In this document: positions 10,301 through 18,094 of the stretch, in pieces
Position numbering within the stretch: the stretch's first letter is position 1
How the letters are laid out: the number at the start of each line of letters is the position of its first letter
IMG/VR virus record: IMGVR_UViG_3300046171_000252
Span: 1 to 64,000 of that record
Length of the DNA stretch: 64,000 nt
Direction: 5' to 3' (one strand)
Position numbers and translations under genes: made by a program
The notes under the pieces: model-generated
The model's database searches: none
The model's input: only the letters and a program-made list of their open reading frames with translations
What the model was told of the DNA's origin: nothing

Positions 10301-12058
10301 GGTGGTGCTTCTCTGAGTAGTATAGATCGTATTGATTATTCCAATGACACTGCAGCGGCAACAGTAAAAGGACCGATGAGTGTTGCTAGATATGGAGGAG
10401 CAGCAATAGGTAATGATTCGTTCGGTTACTTTGGTGGTGGTTCTCCTGGTCCAACATCATCAGTAGATCGTATTGATTACTTAAATGATACTGTAGATGC
10501 ATCACCCAAAGGACCATTGAGTGGCGCATTCCCTTATATCGCAGCAACAGGTAATCAATCGTTTGGATACGTTGGTGGTGGTTATCCTGCAAAATCAACA
10601 GTAGACCGCATTGATTATTCTAATGACACCGTAGCAGCACCAGCAAAAGGACCATTAAGTGTTGCTAGATTTGGTTTAGGAGCAACAGGTAATGCTTCCT
10701 TTGGTTATTTTGGTGGTGGTGGTCCTGGTGAAAAATCAACAGTAGACCGTATTGATTATTCTAATGACACCGCAACAGCATCAGCAAAAGGACCATTGAG
10801 TGCTGGTAGAAGATATTTTTCGGCAACTGGTAATGCTTCCTTTGGTTACTTTGGTGGTGGTGCAGGTGGTCAGACAATAGTAGACCGCATTGATTATTCT
10901 AATGACACCGCAACAGCAGTAGAAAAAATACAATTCAGTGGTGCCAGACAAGAACGAGGAGCAACGGGTAACTCTTCCTTCGGATATTTTGGTGGTGGTC
11001 ATCCTGGTCCAGCAGTATCAATAGTAGATCGTATTGATTATTCTAATGACACTGCAACGTTATCACCTAGAGGACCATTAAGTGTTGCTAGAAGATATTC
11101 TGCAGCAGCAAGTGCCAGAGCCAACGGATTCGTTCCAATCGGTCCAGCAGTGGTTTCTAATGCTGCTGCAATCGCAGGGTCATTTAATCCAACAACCTTT
11201 GGTTACTTTGGTGGTGGTAATACTGGATCTAATGCATCAACAGTAGATCGTATTGATTACTCTAATGATACTGCAACGGCATCAGTCAAAGGACCATTAA
11301 GTCTTGCTAGAAGATACCTAGCAGCAACAGGCAATAGTTTCTTCGGTTACTTTGGTGGTGGTGATCCTGCATTATCAACAGTAGACCGTATTGATTATTC
11401 TAATGACACTGCTACAGCAGCAGCAAAAGGACCATTGAGTAATGGTAGACATTCTTTGGCAGCAACGGGCAATGCTAACTTTGGTTACTTTGGTGGTGGT
11501 TGGGCTCCCAATTCGAGCTCATCAGTAGATCGTATTGATTATTCTAATGACACTCCAACAGCATCAGCAAAAGGACCATTAAGTGCTGCTAGAGATGGTT
11601 TAATAGCAACAGGAAACTTATCATTTGGTTACTTTGGTGGTGGTAGTCCTGGAGTATCAACAGTAGATCGTATTGATTATTCTAATGATACTGCAACGGC
11701 ATCACCAAAAGGACCATTAAGTTTTGGCAGAGATCAATTGGGAGCAACAGGTAATGCAGACTTTGGATATTTTGGTGCTGGTCATCCTGCAAAATCAACA
11801 GTAGATCGTATTGATTATTCTAATGATACTGCAACGGCATCAGTCAAAGGACCATTAAGTGTTGGTAGGCATGCTTTGGCAGCAACAGGTAATTCATCTT
11901 TTGGTTACTTTGGTGGTGGTACTCCTGGTCCAAAATCAACAGTAGATCGTATTGATTACTCAAATGATACTGCTACGGCAGCAGCAAAAGGACCATTAAG
12001 TGTTGCTAGATATGGTTTGGGAGCAACTTCAGCAGCAGCAAATGGACTTCCACAATAG
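7336..12058 (+). CDS. Second giant Kelch-like repeat protein (~1573 aa, 30 blades), split by a +1 frameshift near 8272 (ORFs 7336-8301 and 8243-12058)
   Basis: Same N-terminus (RGIF.L..V.E.Q..G.WS.K.DVWNTPSPF), 5x6 blades, same four linkers and same AAANGLPQ end as 1163-5869; acggcagtcagtcaaagga has one extra base versus the repeat consensus. Confidence 0.85.
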
Positions 12059-12091
12059 TATGCTATAATAAACAAAAGATTGATTATATGA
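12029..12091 (+). repeat. 63-bp exact direct repeat, copy 2
   Basis: Identical to 5840-5902. Confidence 0.9.
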
Positions 12092-12750
12092 TTGATAATC
12101 CACTGACACATATTTTGATCCGACCCAATGTAATTTCTCCTGAAGGTATTCGGGAGATGGTGGATCATATTAAACAATCACCTTGTGAAGACCTATCTGT
12201 ATTTGATTCGGAGACGACAAATAGAACAGGTGAGACATCATGGCAGGTTGATAAGAAGACAAGAGACACACAAATTGTTCCTATGGGAGATTTGTATCCC
12301 AAGATTACGGAACTTCTTCATCATGCCGTAAAAGAAGTTATCAATCCTTTCTATGGTATTGATGTAACCAGTAGTGAAGTCCCACAGGTTCTATCCTATG
12401 GTATTGGTGGACACTACAAACCTCATATTGATGGTGAGAGTATCTGGGTCACACCAAGAGGTGAAAAGATTTGGAAAAAATCTACGGACAGAGATATCTC
12501 TATGGTCTTTTATCTCAATGATGATTTTGAGGGTGGAGATTTTATTTTTCCAGAACATCACATTCGTGTAAGACCTGAACCTGGTATGATGGTTTGCTTC
12601 CCTTCCAGTCATTATTATATGCACGGAGTAGAACCAGTGACAAGAGGGAAAAGATATAGTATAGTGTGTTGGGCTACGGTAAAAGGTCAACCAAGTATGG
12701 ACGAAATTAATAATCAGTTATCTCAAGAGTATGGAGTCAAAGTAATTTAA
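12088..12750 (+). CDS. 2OG-Fe(II) oxygenase, prolyl 4-hydroxylase (P4Hc)-like
   Basis: YKPHID (HxD), FYLNDDFEGG, FPS..MHGVEPVTRGKRYS. Confidence 0.85.
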   Translation: MIDNPLTHILIRPNVISPEGIREMVDHIKQSPCEDLSVFDSETTNRTGETSWQVDKKTRDTQIVPMGDLYPKITELLHHAVKEVINPFYGIDVTSSEVPQVLSYGIGGHYKPHIDGESIWVTPRGEKIWKKSTDRDISMVFYLNDDFEGGDFIFPEHHIRVRPEPGMMVCFPSSHYYMHGVEPVTRGKRYSIVCWATVKGQPSMDEINNQLSQEYGVKVI

Positions 12751-12753
12751 ATT

Positions 12754-14163
12754 ATGGCAAACATTTTGGGATTGCAGTTCGGACATGATGGATCCGTTTG
12801 CCTTGTTAAGAATGGTAAGTTAGAGTTTGCCATTGGAACAGAAAGAATTACTGGTGTTAAAAAGCAACAAGGATTTACAGACGAGGTTATAAATTATGCT
12901 TTGGACTCTTGTGGTTTAACAGTTGATGATATTGATTGTGTTGCCACCAATGATTTTAAGCAAGAATTTTTTGGTAATGAATATCTTGTAGATAATTTTA
13001 TTATTCAGGGTAGAGAGATTAAGTGTTATATTATTTCTCACCATCTAGCACACTGTGCCTCTGCATATTATACTAGTCCATTTAATGAAGCACATTGTTT
13101 CAGTATGGATTGTAGTATGGGAAAGATAGAAGCAAACTCTGTGGTGGCATATGGTAAAGGGAAGAAACTTTTTGCCGAATATTGTCCCGGAGAAATGGTC
13201 GGAGTATTATATGGTGAAGTAACAGAGAAGTTAGGACTCGGACCTGCACTTCATAAGGCAGGAACAACAATGGGTCTCTCATCATATGGGACACCATTTG
13301 ATTTTGATTATCAATCTTATACTGATGACATCAAACATAAGATGGATGTGGCAGCATCCGTTCAGAATTTGTTTGAGAATAAAGTATTGAGTGTCTTGAA
13401 TGATATAGATCAGAACTCTGATAATCTTTGTCTCTCCGGAGGATCATTTTTAAATTGTAATGCTAACTCAGAGGTCGTAAGAAAATCTAAATTTAAACAG
13501 TTTCATCACTTTCCGGCATGTGGTGATGATGGAACGGCAGTTGGTTCTGCACTTTATGTTGCTCATCATATTCTTGGAGAGGCAAGGTATGATTATGAAC
13601 CACAAGACATCTGTTATACCGGAAGAGATTATCCAAGTCAGACACCGGACTATAATCACATAGCAAGACAAATTGCCGATGGTAAAATAATTGGTTGGTT
13701 TCAGGGCAAATCAGAGTTTGGTCCAAGAGCACTAGGTAATCGTTCTATTCTTGCAGACCCAAGAAACTTTCATAATCGTGAACTCATCAATCATGTCGTG
13801 AAGAATAGAGAATGGTTCCGTCCTTTTGCTCCTGTTGTATTAGAAGAGTGCTATCAAGATTGGTTTGACTTTCCTATCCCCAGTCCCTACATGCTTTATA
13901 CCGCACAGGTGAAGCAACCAGAAAAAGTTCCAGCCATAACTCATGTTGATGGGTCTGCCAGATTTCAGACAGTCACAGAGAAATCTAATAAGCACTACTA
14001 TAATATTATTAAAGCATTTGGAGAACTAACTGGTGTGCCTGTTCTACTGAATACAAGTTTAAATGGAAACGGACAACCCATATTAGAAACCGAAGAGGAC
14101 GCACAAGAGTTTTACAAAAATTCTAAACTTGATATGATGATTATCAATGGTGCTATAATATAA
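12754..14163 (+). CDS. O-carbamoyltransferase, NodU/CmcH/TobZ family
   Basis: GHDGS, SHHLAHCASAY, LSGGSFLNC, EFGPRALGNRSILADP, FRPFAP, THVDGSARFQTV, LLNTSLN. Confidence 0.93.
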   Translation: MANILGLQFGHDGSVCLVKNGKLEFAIGTERITGVKKQQGFTDEVINYALDSCGLTVDDIDCVATNDFKQEFFGNEYLVDNFIIQGREIKCYIISHHLAHCASAYYTSPFNEAHCFSMDCSMGKIEANSVVAYGKGKKLFAEYCPGEMVGVLYGEVTEKLGLGPALHKAGTTMGLSSYGTPFDFDYQSYTDDIKHKMDVAASVQNLFENKVLSVLNDIDQNSDNLCLSGGSFLNCNANSEVVRKSKFKQFHHFPACGDDGTAVGSALYVAHHILGEARYDYEPQDICYTGRDYPSQTPDYNHIARQIADGKIIGWFQGKSEFGPRALGNRSILADPRNFHNRELINHVVKNREWFRPFAPVVLEECYQDWFDFPIPSPYMLYTAQVKQPEKVPAITHVDGSARFQTVTEKSNKHYYNIIKAFGELTGVPVLLNTSLNGNGQPILETEEDAQEFYKNSKLDMMIINGAII

Positions 14164-14166
14164 ATA
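14159..14166 (+). promoter_or_regulatory. T4-type late promoter TATAAATA
   Basis: Exact consensus 22 nt upstream of ATG 14189. Confidence 0.6.
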
Positions 14167-14188
14167 TTTGAAAGTTATCTCACAAAAA

Positions 14189-14578
14189 ATGGCAAAATAT
14201 CTAAAGCATTATTGGAAGAAAAATGGTTCTTGGTTAACCGATCCCGGTACATATGTAGAACAACATCACCCAGAAGCAGACTATCCTGGTCTTGGAGTAA
14301 AGGTCTGGATGCACGACTCTGATGGTGTTGATGTCTGCCTTTCTGAAGTTCCTGATAGCACTACGATTTCTACTATTAATGTAGGTTCTAAGAAAGCTGT
14401 TATGGAACTGACCGAAACGCAATTTAATTCTGTCAAAACTCCTCTTGATGAAGAATCAGTTCTTCGCCAAGCAGCAATGGAGGCAGAAATGAGTGGTGAT
14501 ACTGACACCGCAGCAACTAAGAATACTGCTGCAGCTGCCAAAGCAACCGAAGCACAGAATGCACTGAATGCACTCTGA
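14189..14578 (+). CDS. Hypothetical protein, last gene of the Kelch locus
   Basis: ORF track entry; ATG 14189 preferred over TTG 14168. Confidence 0.75.
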   Translation: MAKYLKHYWKKNGSWLTDPGTYVEQHHPEADYPGLGVKVWMHDSDGVDVCLSEVPDSTTISTINVGSKKAVMELTETQFNSVKTPLDEESVLRQAAMEAEMSGDTDTAATKNTAAAAKATEAQNALNAL

Positions 14579-14579
14579 T

Positions 14580-14608
14580 TTGACGTAAAATCAAAGATGG
14601 TGTACAAT
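14580..14608 (+). promoter_or_regulatory. Sigma70-type promoter TTGACG-N17-TACAAT
   Basis: Near-consensus boxes with 17-nt spacing; predicted +1 near 14615. Confidence 0.75.
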
Positions 14609-14614
14609 ATGTAA

Positions 14615-14722
14615 GTCTTCAGCATCTTCGTAATTTTGAGACTGAAGACCCTTTCTGTGGTGGGAAAGGTGAGTTGGTGATATACTAAGTAGGGGGGGAA
14701 AGAACTTCTCCCCCCTTTCTTA
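14615..14722 (+). ncRNA. Candidate structured RNA or leader with three hairpins, possibly related to the cyanophage manA motif
   Basis: GTCTTCAG/CTGAAGAC (14615-14649), CCTTTC/GAAAGG (14650-14669), AGGGGGG/CCCCCCT plus T-tract (14691-14722); starts at the predicted +1. Confidence 0.45.
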
Positions 14723-14756
14723 TCTTATAAATTAATTTACAATCCCTTATAGACGT

Positions 14757-14993
14757 ATGAATTTCACGGTATTTTCTAAAAACAATTGCCCATACTGCGA
14801 GAAAATTAAAAAAGTTTTAGAGTTGACAAAAAGTGAGTTTGTGGTCTATACTCTAGGAGAAGATTTTGATCGGGAATCATTTTTTGATAAGTTTGAAGAA
14901 AACTCTACCTTTCCACAGGTTTTATGTGATGATAAAAAATTAGGAGGTTGTGTTGACACCATTAAATTCCTCCGAGAAAACAACGTCATCTGA
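14757..14993 (+). CDS. nrdC: Glutaredoxin (NrdC-like)
   Basis: CPYC active site, TFPQV, IGG-like LGGC. Confidence 0.9.
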   Translation: MNFTVFSKNNCPYCEKIKKVLELTKSEFVVYTLGEDFDRESFFDKFEENSTFPQVLCDDKKLGGCVDTIKFLRENNVI

Positions 14994-15099
14994 TTCCCCA
15001 CTAAATAAAGACACTCATCAAGTTAATCGTGGTATTGAGTTTATACTAAACAGGAGAAGAAAAAGTCTAAACGAAAAAATTAGTCCTGAGGTAAGATCT

Positions 15100-15327
15100 A
15101 TGTTAGCAGTAAGTTTAGTCTTTGGTTCATTTCTGACCGTTTTGTTTCTAATACTAGGACTCGTAATTGGTTGGACTGCTAGAGAATATATGATGAACTA
15201 TCGGGAAGTACCCAGACCTCACCCCGAAATGTTTGATGAACAGGGCAACCTGATTCCAGATGAGGTCATAGCATTTAATTTTGAAAACTATCATGACGAC
15301 AGCGAAGAAGATGACAACAACGACTAA
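15100..15327 (+). CDS. Conserved cyanophage hypothetical membrane protein
   Basis: GAGGT SD before ATG 15100; N-terminal hydrophobic helix; HPEMFDEQGN motif. Confidence 0.65.
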   Translation: MLAVSLVFGSFLTVLFLILGLVIGWTAREYMMNYREVPRPHPEMFDEQGNLIPDEVIAFNFENYHDDSEEDDNND

Positions 15328-15904
15328 GGCAAAGACAACCACTAAAAAGAAGACAACTTCATTTGTGGTGGATAATCTTCCAAGAAATCCACTAGCATTT
15401 GAAGTTTTTGACTTGGTATCTCGTTCAAGAACAAAGGCAAAGAAGATTGAAGTATTGAAAAAGTATAATGATCCTTCACTAAGAAGACTCTTTGTCTGGA
15501 ACTTTGATGAGTCCATCGTCTCTATTCTTCCTGATGGACCTGTTCCTTATGTTGGATACGATCAGCAAAACACTTATTCAGGAACTTTAACAACTAAAAT
15601 TGATCATGACATTCGTACAATGTATGAATCTGGAAATTTCTCTCTAGGTATTAGTGATAAACAGGGGCACACAACTATTCGTAGAGAATCAAAGCACTTC
15701 TATCACTTTGTTAAAGGTGGCAATAGCGGAATTAATGCAATTCGTCGTGAAACAATGTTTATTAATATTCTTCAAGGACTACATCCACTTGAAGCAGAAA
15801 TTTTAACTCTTGTTAAAGATAAACAACTAGAAACTAAGTATAAAATTTCAAAAGATATTGTTTCGGCAGCATATTCTGATATTATTTGGGGGGATCGCGC
15901 ATGA
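15281..15904 (+). CDS. Conserved T4-like phage protein (DUF6433-like)
   Basis: LPDGPVPY, RRETMFINILQGLHPLEAEIL motifs. Confidence 0.65.
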   Translation: MKTIMTTAKKMTTTTKAKTTTKKKTTSFVVDNLPRNPLAFEVFDLVSRSRTKAKKIEVLKKYNDPSLRRLFVWNFDESIVSILPDGPVPYVGYDQQNTYSGTLTTKIDHDIRTMYESGNFSLGISDKQGHTTIRRESKHFYHFVKGGNSGINAIRRETMFINILQGLHPLEAEILTLVKDKQLETKYKISKDIVSAAYSDIIWGDRA

Positions 15905-16242
15905 CAACAGCAGTAGAAGAAAAACAAACAACGCCAGAGGCAGGACAAGAAATGATTTCAATTAAAGAATCTGATTATGGATGTCAGATTCTTTTAGAAA
16001 AAACTACTATTGAAAAGGCAAAAGACAAGAGTTTTCCTACTGATGCCAAATTGATTTGGTATGTTGTTGATGGAGTGACATGTATAGATCTTACCCGTTG
16101 TGGAAAAGACTCTAGACTTTTTGATATGTACTATGATAAGTATGGCAAAGGTGCCGTTCAGAAGATTGATTTTGGATATGGTGGGGTCAATCCAAAGAGT
16201 TGGGGATATGAACCACCACCACCAACCAAAAAACGAAAATAA
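15901..16242 (+). CDS. Conserved cyanophage hypothetical protein
   Basis: ORF coupled to the previous stop; FDMYYDKYG..GYG..NPK.WGY. Confidence 0.7.
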   Translation: MTTAVEEKQTTPEAGQEMISIKESDYGCQILLEKTTIEKAKDKSFPTDAKLIWYVVDGVTCIDLTRCGKDSRLFDMYYDKYGKGAVQKIDFGYGGVNPKSWGYEPPPPTKKRK

Positions 16243-16306
16243 TTCCAAAAATAGTCGAAAAAAAATCCCGGCAAAATTTTGACCTGTAGGGATTTTTAAA
16301 AATTAC

Positions 16307-16335
16307 TTGACTATATATTAAAGAGGGTCTATAAT
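16307..16335 (+). promoter_or_regulatory. Sigma70-type promoter TTGACT-N17-TATAAT
   Basis: Near-perfect consensus just upstream of the riboswitch-like RNA. Confidence 0.8.
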
Positions 16336-16344
16336 AAGACCTGA

Positions 16345-16388
16345 CGTTCATCCCGCTCTAGGGTGGGACGCAAGTAAGTCGCGGAACG
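16345..16388 (+). ncRNA. Glutamine riboswitch-like aptamer 1 (glnA / Downstream-peptide class)
   Basis: CGTTCATCCC-loop-GGGACGCAAGTAAGTCGCGGAACG; P1 CGTTC/GAACG; lies upstream of a DUF4278-like ORF, the known context for these riboswitches. Confidence 0.7.
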
Positions 16389-16392
16389 GAGC

Positions 16393-16574
16393 CGTTCATC
16401 CCATGATTGAATTTCTTTTATACTCATCACTCAGTTGTTCCGATGCCGATGCAATTATGTTTCGGATGAGGAATCACAAGGATCTTGACAATCAAGTTAA
16501 GGTTGAACTAATAGAAGCCGTAAAGGAATCTACACCTGAGTGCTATCCATGGGACGCAAACGACTAAAGGAACG
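16393..16574 (+). ncRNA. Glutamine riboswitch-like aptamer 2 with a 54-aa ORF inside its P2 loop
   Basis: CGTTCATCCCATG ... CATGGGACGCAAACGACTAAAGGAACG reproduces both halves of aptamer 1 about 145 nt apart. Confidence 0.55.
16403..16567 (+). CDS. Small hypothetical protein, 54 aa (MIEFLLY...PWDAND)
   Basis: Manually translated; below the ORF-track cutoff. Confidence 0.6.
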   Translation: MIEFLLYSSLSCSDADAIMFRMRNHKDLDNQVKVELIEAVKESTPECYPWDAND

Positions 16575-16608
16575 GACCTAAAAATCCAACTACTTTAGGA
16601 GTAAACAA

Positions 16609-16776
16609 ATGAACACACTTCAAATGATTAAGAAGCAGATCAACAAAGCATCTGCACTGCATGACGCACAAGTTCTTCACACCTCATATCGTGGTGTTGA
16701 GTATGATACTCGTTGTGTAGAATCAAAAGAAATGCACGGTACATTCTGTTATCGTGGTCATATCTACAACAAGTGA
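16609..16776 (+). CDS. DUF4278-family small protein, 55 aa
   Basis: AGGAG SD; YRGVEY and FCYRGHIY motifs; manually translated. Confidence 0.75.
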   Translation: MNTLQMIKKQINKASALHDAQVLHTSYRGVEYDTRCVESKEMHGTFCYRGHIYNK

Positions 16777-16797
16777 GTCACTTACGTTAAAATTGTT

Positions 16798-16825
16798 AGG
16801 GGGGTTGACTAACCCCCCTTTTTTA
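16798..16825 (+). terminator. Intrinsic terminator
   Basis: AGGGGGGTT-gact-AACCCCCCT followed by a T-run. Confidence 0.85.
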
Positions 16826-16855
16826 TGTAAAATACCTATAATCATATACAATTTT

Positions 16856-17026
16856 ATGGAAAAGGATAGATTAAAACTAATTGTCCGGAATTTAGAATTG
16901 TTAGTCGATGCTCTAAAATCCGAAGTATATTCTGACAGAGAGTTATGTGTTTCCAAACAAGAAAACTTTGATGACCCAGCTTCTAACTATATCATGGACT
17001 ATGACGAAGTTTTTGAGGATGATTGA
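16856..17026 (+). CDS. Conserved cyanophage hypothetical protein
   Basis: MEKDRLKLIVRNLELLVDALKSEVYSD; ATG 16856 lies downstream of the terminator. Confidence 0.7.
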   Translation: MEKDRLKLIVRNLELLVDALKSEVYSDRELCVSKQENFDDPASNYIMDYDEVFEDD

Positions 17027-17187
17027 TGAAAACTAAGCAATTGATTAAAGACCTTAGAAGTGCAATTTCTCAAGATTATTTGTATAATAGTGATGAGCTT
17101 AAATACATGCAAGAGCAACTTGACCAACTGGAACTATCAGTAAAAAGAATTCCAAGAACAAAACCCAAAGGATTTGGTGAAAAATGA
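17026..17187 (+). CDS. Small hypothetical protein, 53 aa (ends KGFGEK)
   Basis: Manually translated; overlaps both neighbours by ATGA-type coupling. Confidence 0.65.
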   Translation: MKTKQLIKDLRSAISQDYLYNSDELKYMQEQLDQLELSVKRIPRTKPKGFGEK

Positions 17188-17819
17188 CTGTTAAACTTAT
17201 AAGTGTCACTCCTGATGCAGAACAAACCATGGCATATATTGCCAGGGTTTCGAATCCATCAAATCAGAATAATGAAAAGTATGCAGGTCTGCTGAAGTAT
17301 TGCATCAAACATAATCATTGGTCGGTATTTGAACAATCTACAATGACTCTGGAGATTGAGACTACTCGTGCCATTGCAGCTCAGATTTTAAGGCATCGTA
17401 GTTTTACATATCAGGAATTTTCACAACGATATGCTGATTCTTCAATGCTGGCAAAGAAAATTGCTTTACCAGAACTACGTCGTCAGGATGATAAGAATCG
17501 TCAAAACTCTATTGACGATCTAGATCCTTTTGAGGTTCAGATTCTAGAGAAACAGATGGCCACTTTGTTTGATTCCGCCATGTCATTGTATCAGCAAATG
17601 CTTGAGCGTGGTGTAGCAAAAGAATGTGCTCGTATGGTGCTTCCATTATGCACACCCACACGAATCTATATGACAGGTTCATGTCGTTCATGGATTCATT
17701 ACATCACCCTGAGGTCCGCACATGGCACTCAGAAAGAACATATGGACATCGCAGAAGCATGTAGAAAAGTCTTCATTGAACAGTTTCCTGCTGTTTCTGA
17801 ATCCCTTGAATGGGTCTAA
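17184..17819 (+). CDS. thyX: FAD-dependent thymidylate synthase ThyX
   Basis: HWSVFE, RHRSFTYQEFSQRY signature, ARMVLP, HGTQKEH. Confidence 0.97.
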   Translation: MTVKLISVTPDAEQTMAYIARVSNPSNQNNEKYAGLLKYCIKHNHWSVFEQSTMTLEIETTRAIAAQILRHRSFTYQEFSQRYADSSMLAKKIALPELRRQDDKNRQNSIDDLDPFEVQILEKQMATLFDSAMSLYQQMLERGVAKECARMVLPLCTPTRIYMTGSCRSWIHYITLRSAHGTQKEHMDIAEACRKVFIEQFPAVSESLEWV

Positions 17820-17844
17820 ATATTTTTATATTGAATTTTTAACA

Positions 17845-18093
17845 ATGGCAACATATCCTGTAATTAACAAAGAATCAGGTGAACAAAAGGAAGTAGTTCT
17901 GAGTGTTCATGACTGGCCTCAATGGTGCGACGATAATCCCGATTGGAAAAGAGATTGGTCTGACCCATCAACATGTCCTGGTGCAGGAGAAGTTGGTGAA
18001 TGGAAAGATAAATTAGTTGCTAAAAACCCCGGATGGAATGATGTCCTTGGAAAAGCATCCAAAGCACCCGGATCAAGAGTAAAGAAGATTTAG
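17845..18093 (+). CDS. Conserved cyanophage hypothetical protein
   Basis: MATYPVINKESGEQKEV; typical neighbour of phoH. Confidence 0.7.
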   Translation: MATYPVINKESGEQKEVVLSVHDWPQWCDDNPDWKRDWSDPSTCPGAGEVGEWKDKLVAKNPGWNDVLGKASKAPGSRVKKI

Positions 18094-18094
18094 T

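Noticed and set aside
1163-12058. Constant/variable repeat pattern resembling a CRISPR array
   Set aside because: The repeats are in-frame ~135-bp coding units with wobble-position variation inside long ORFs; there is no cas operon.
1163-12058. Diversity-generating retroelement as the source of loop variation
   Set aside because: No reverse transcriptase or non-coding template repeat is visible; variation includes indels and is not limited to adenines.
14615-14722. Possible tRNA
   Set aside because: No cloverleaf, T-loop GTTCRA or acceptor stem; no tRNA was recognised anywhere in the window.
16261-16299. AAAAATCCC/GGGATTTTT inverted repeat before the riboswitch promoter
   Set aside because: Best explained as an ordinary terminator-like hairpin with a large loop; no further support.
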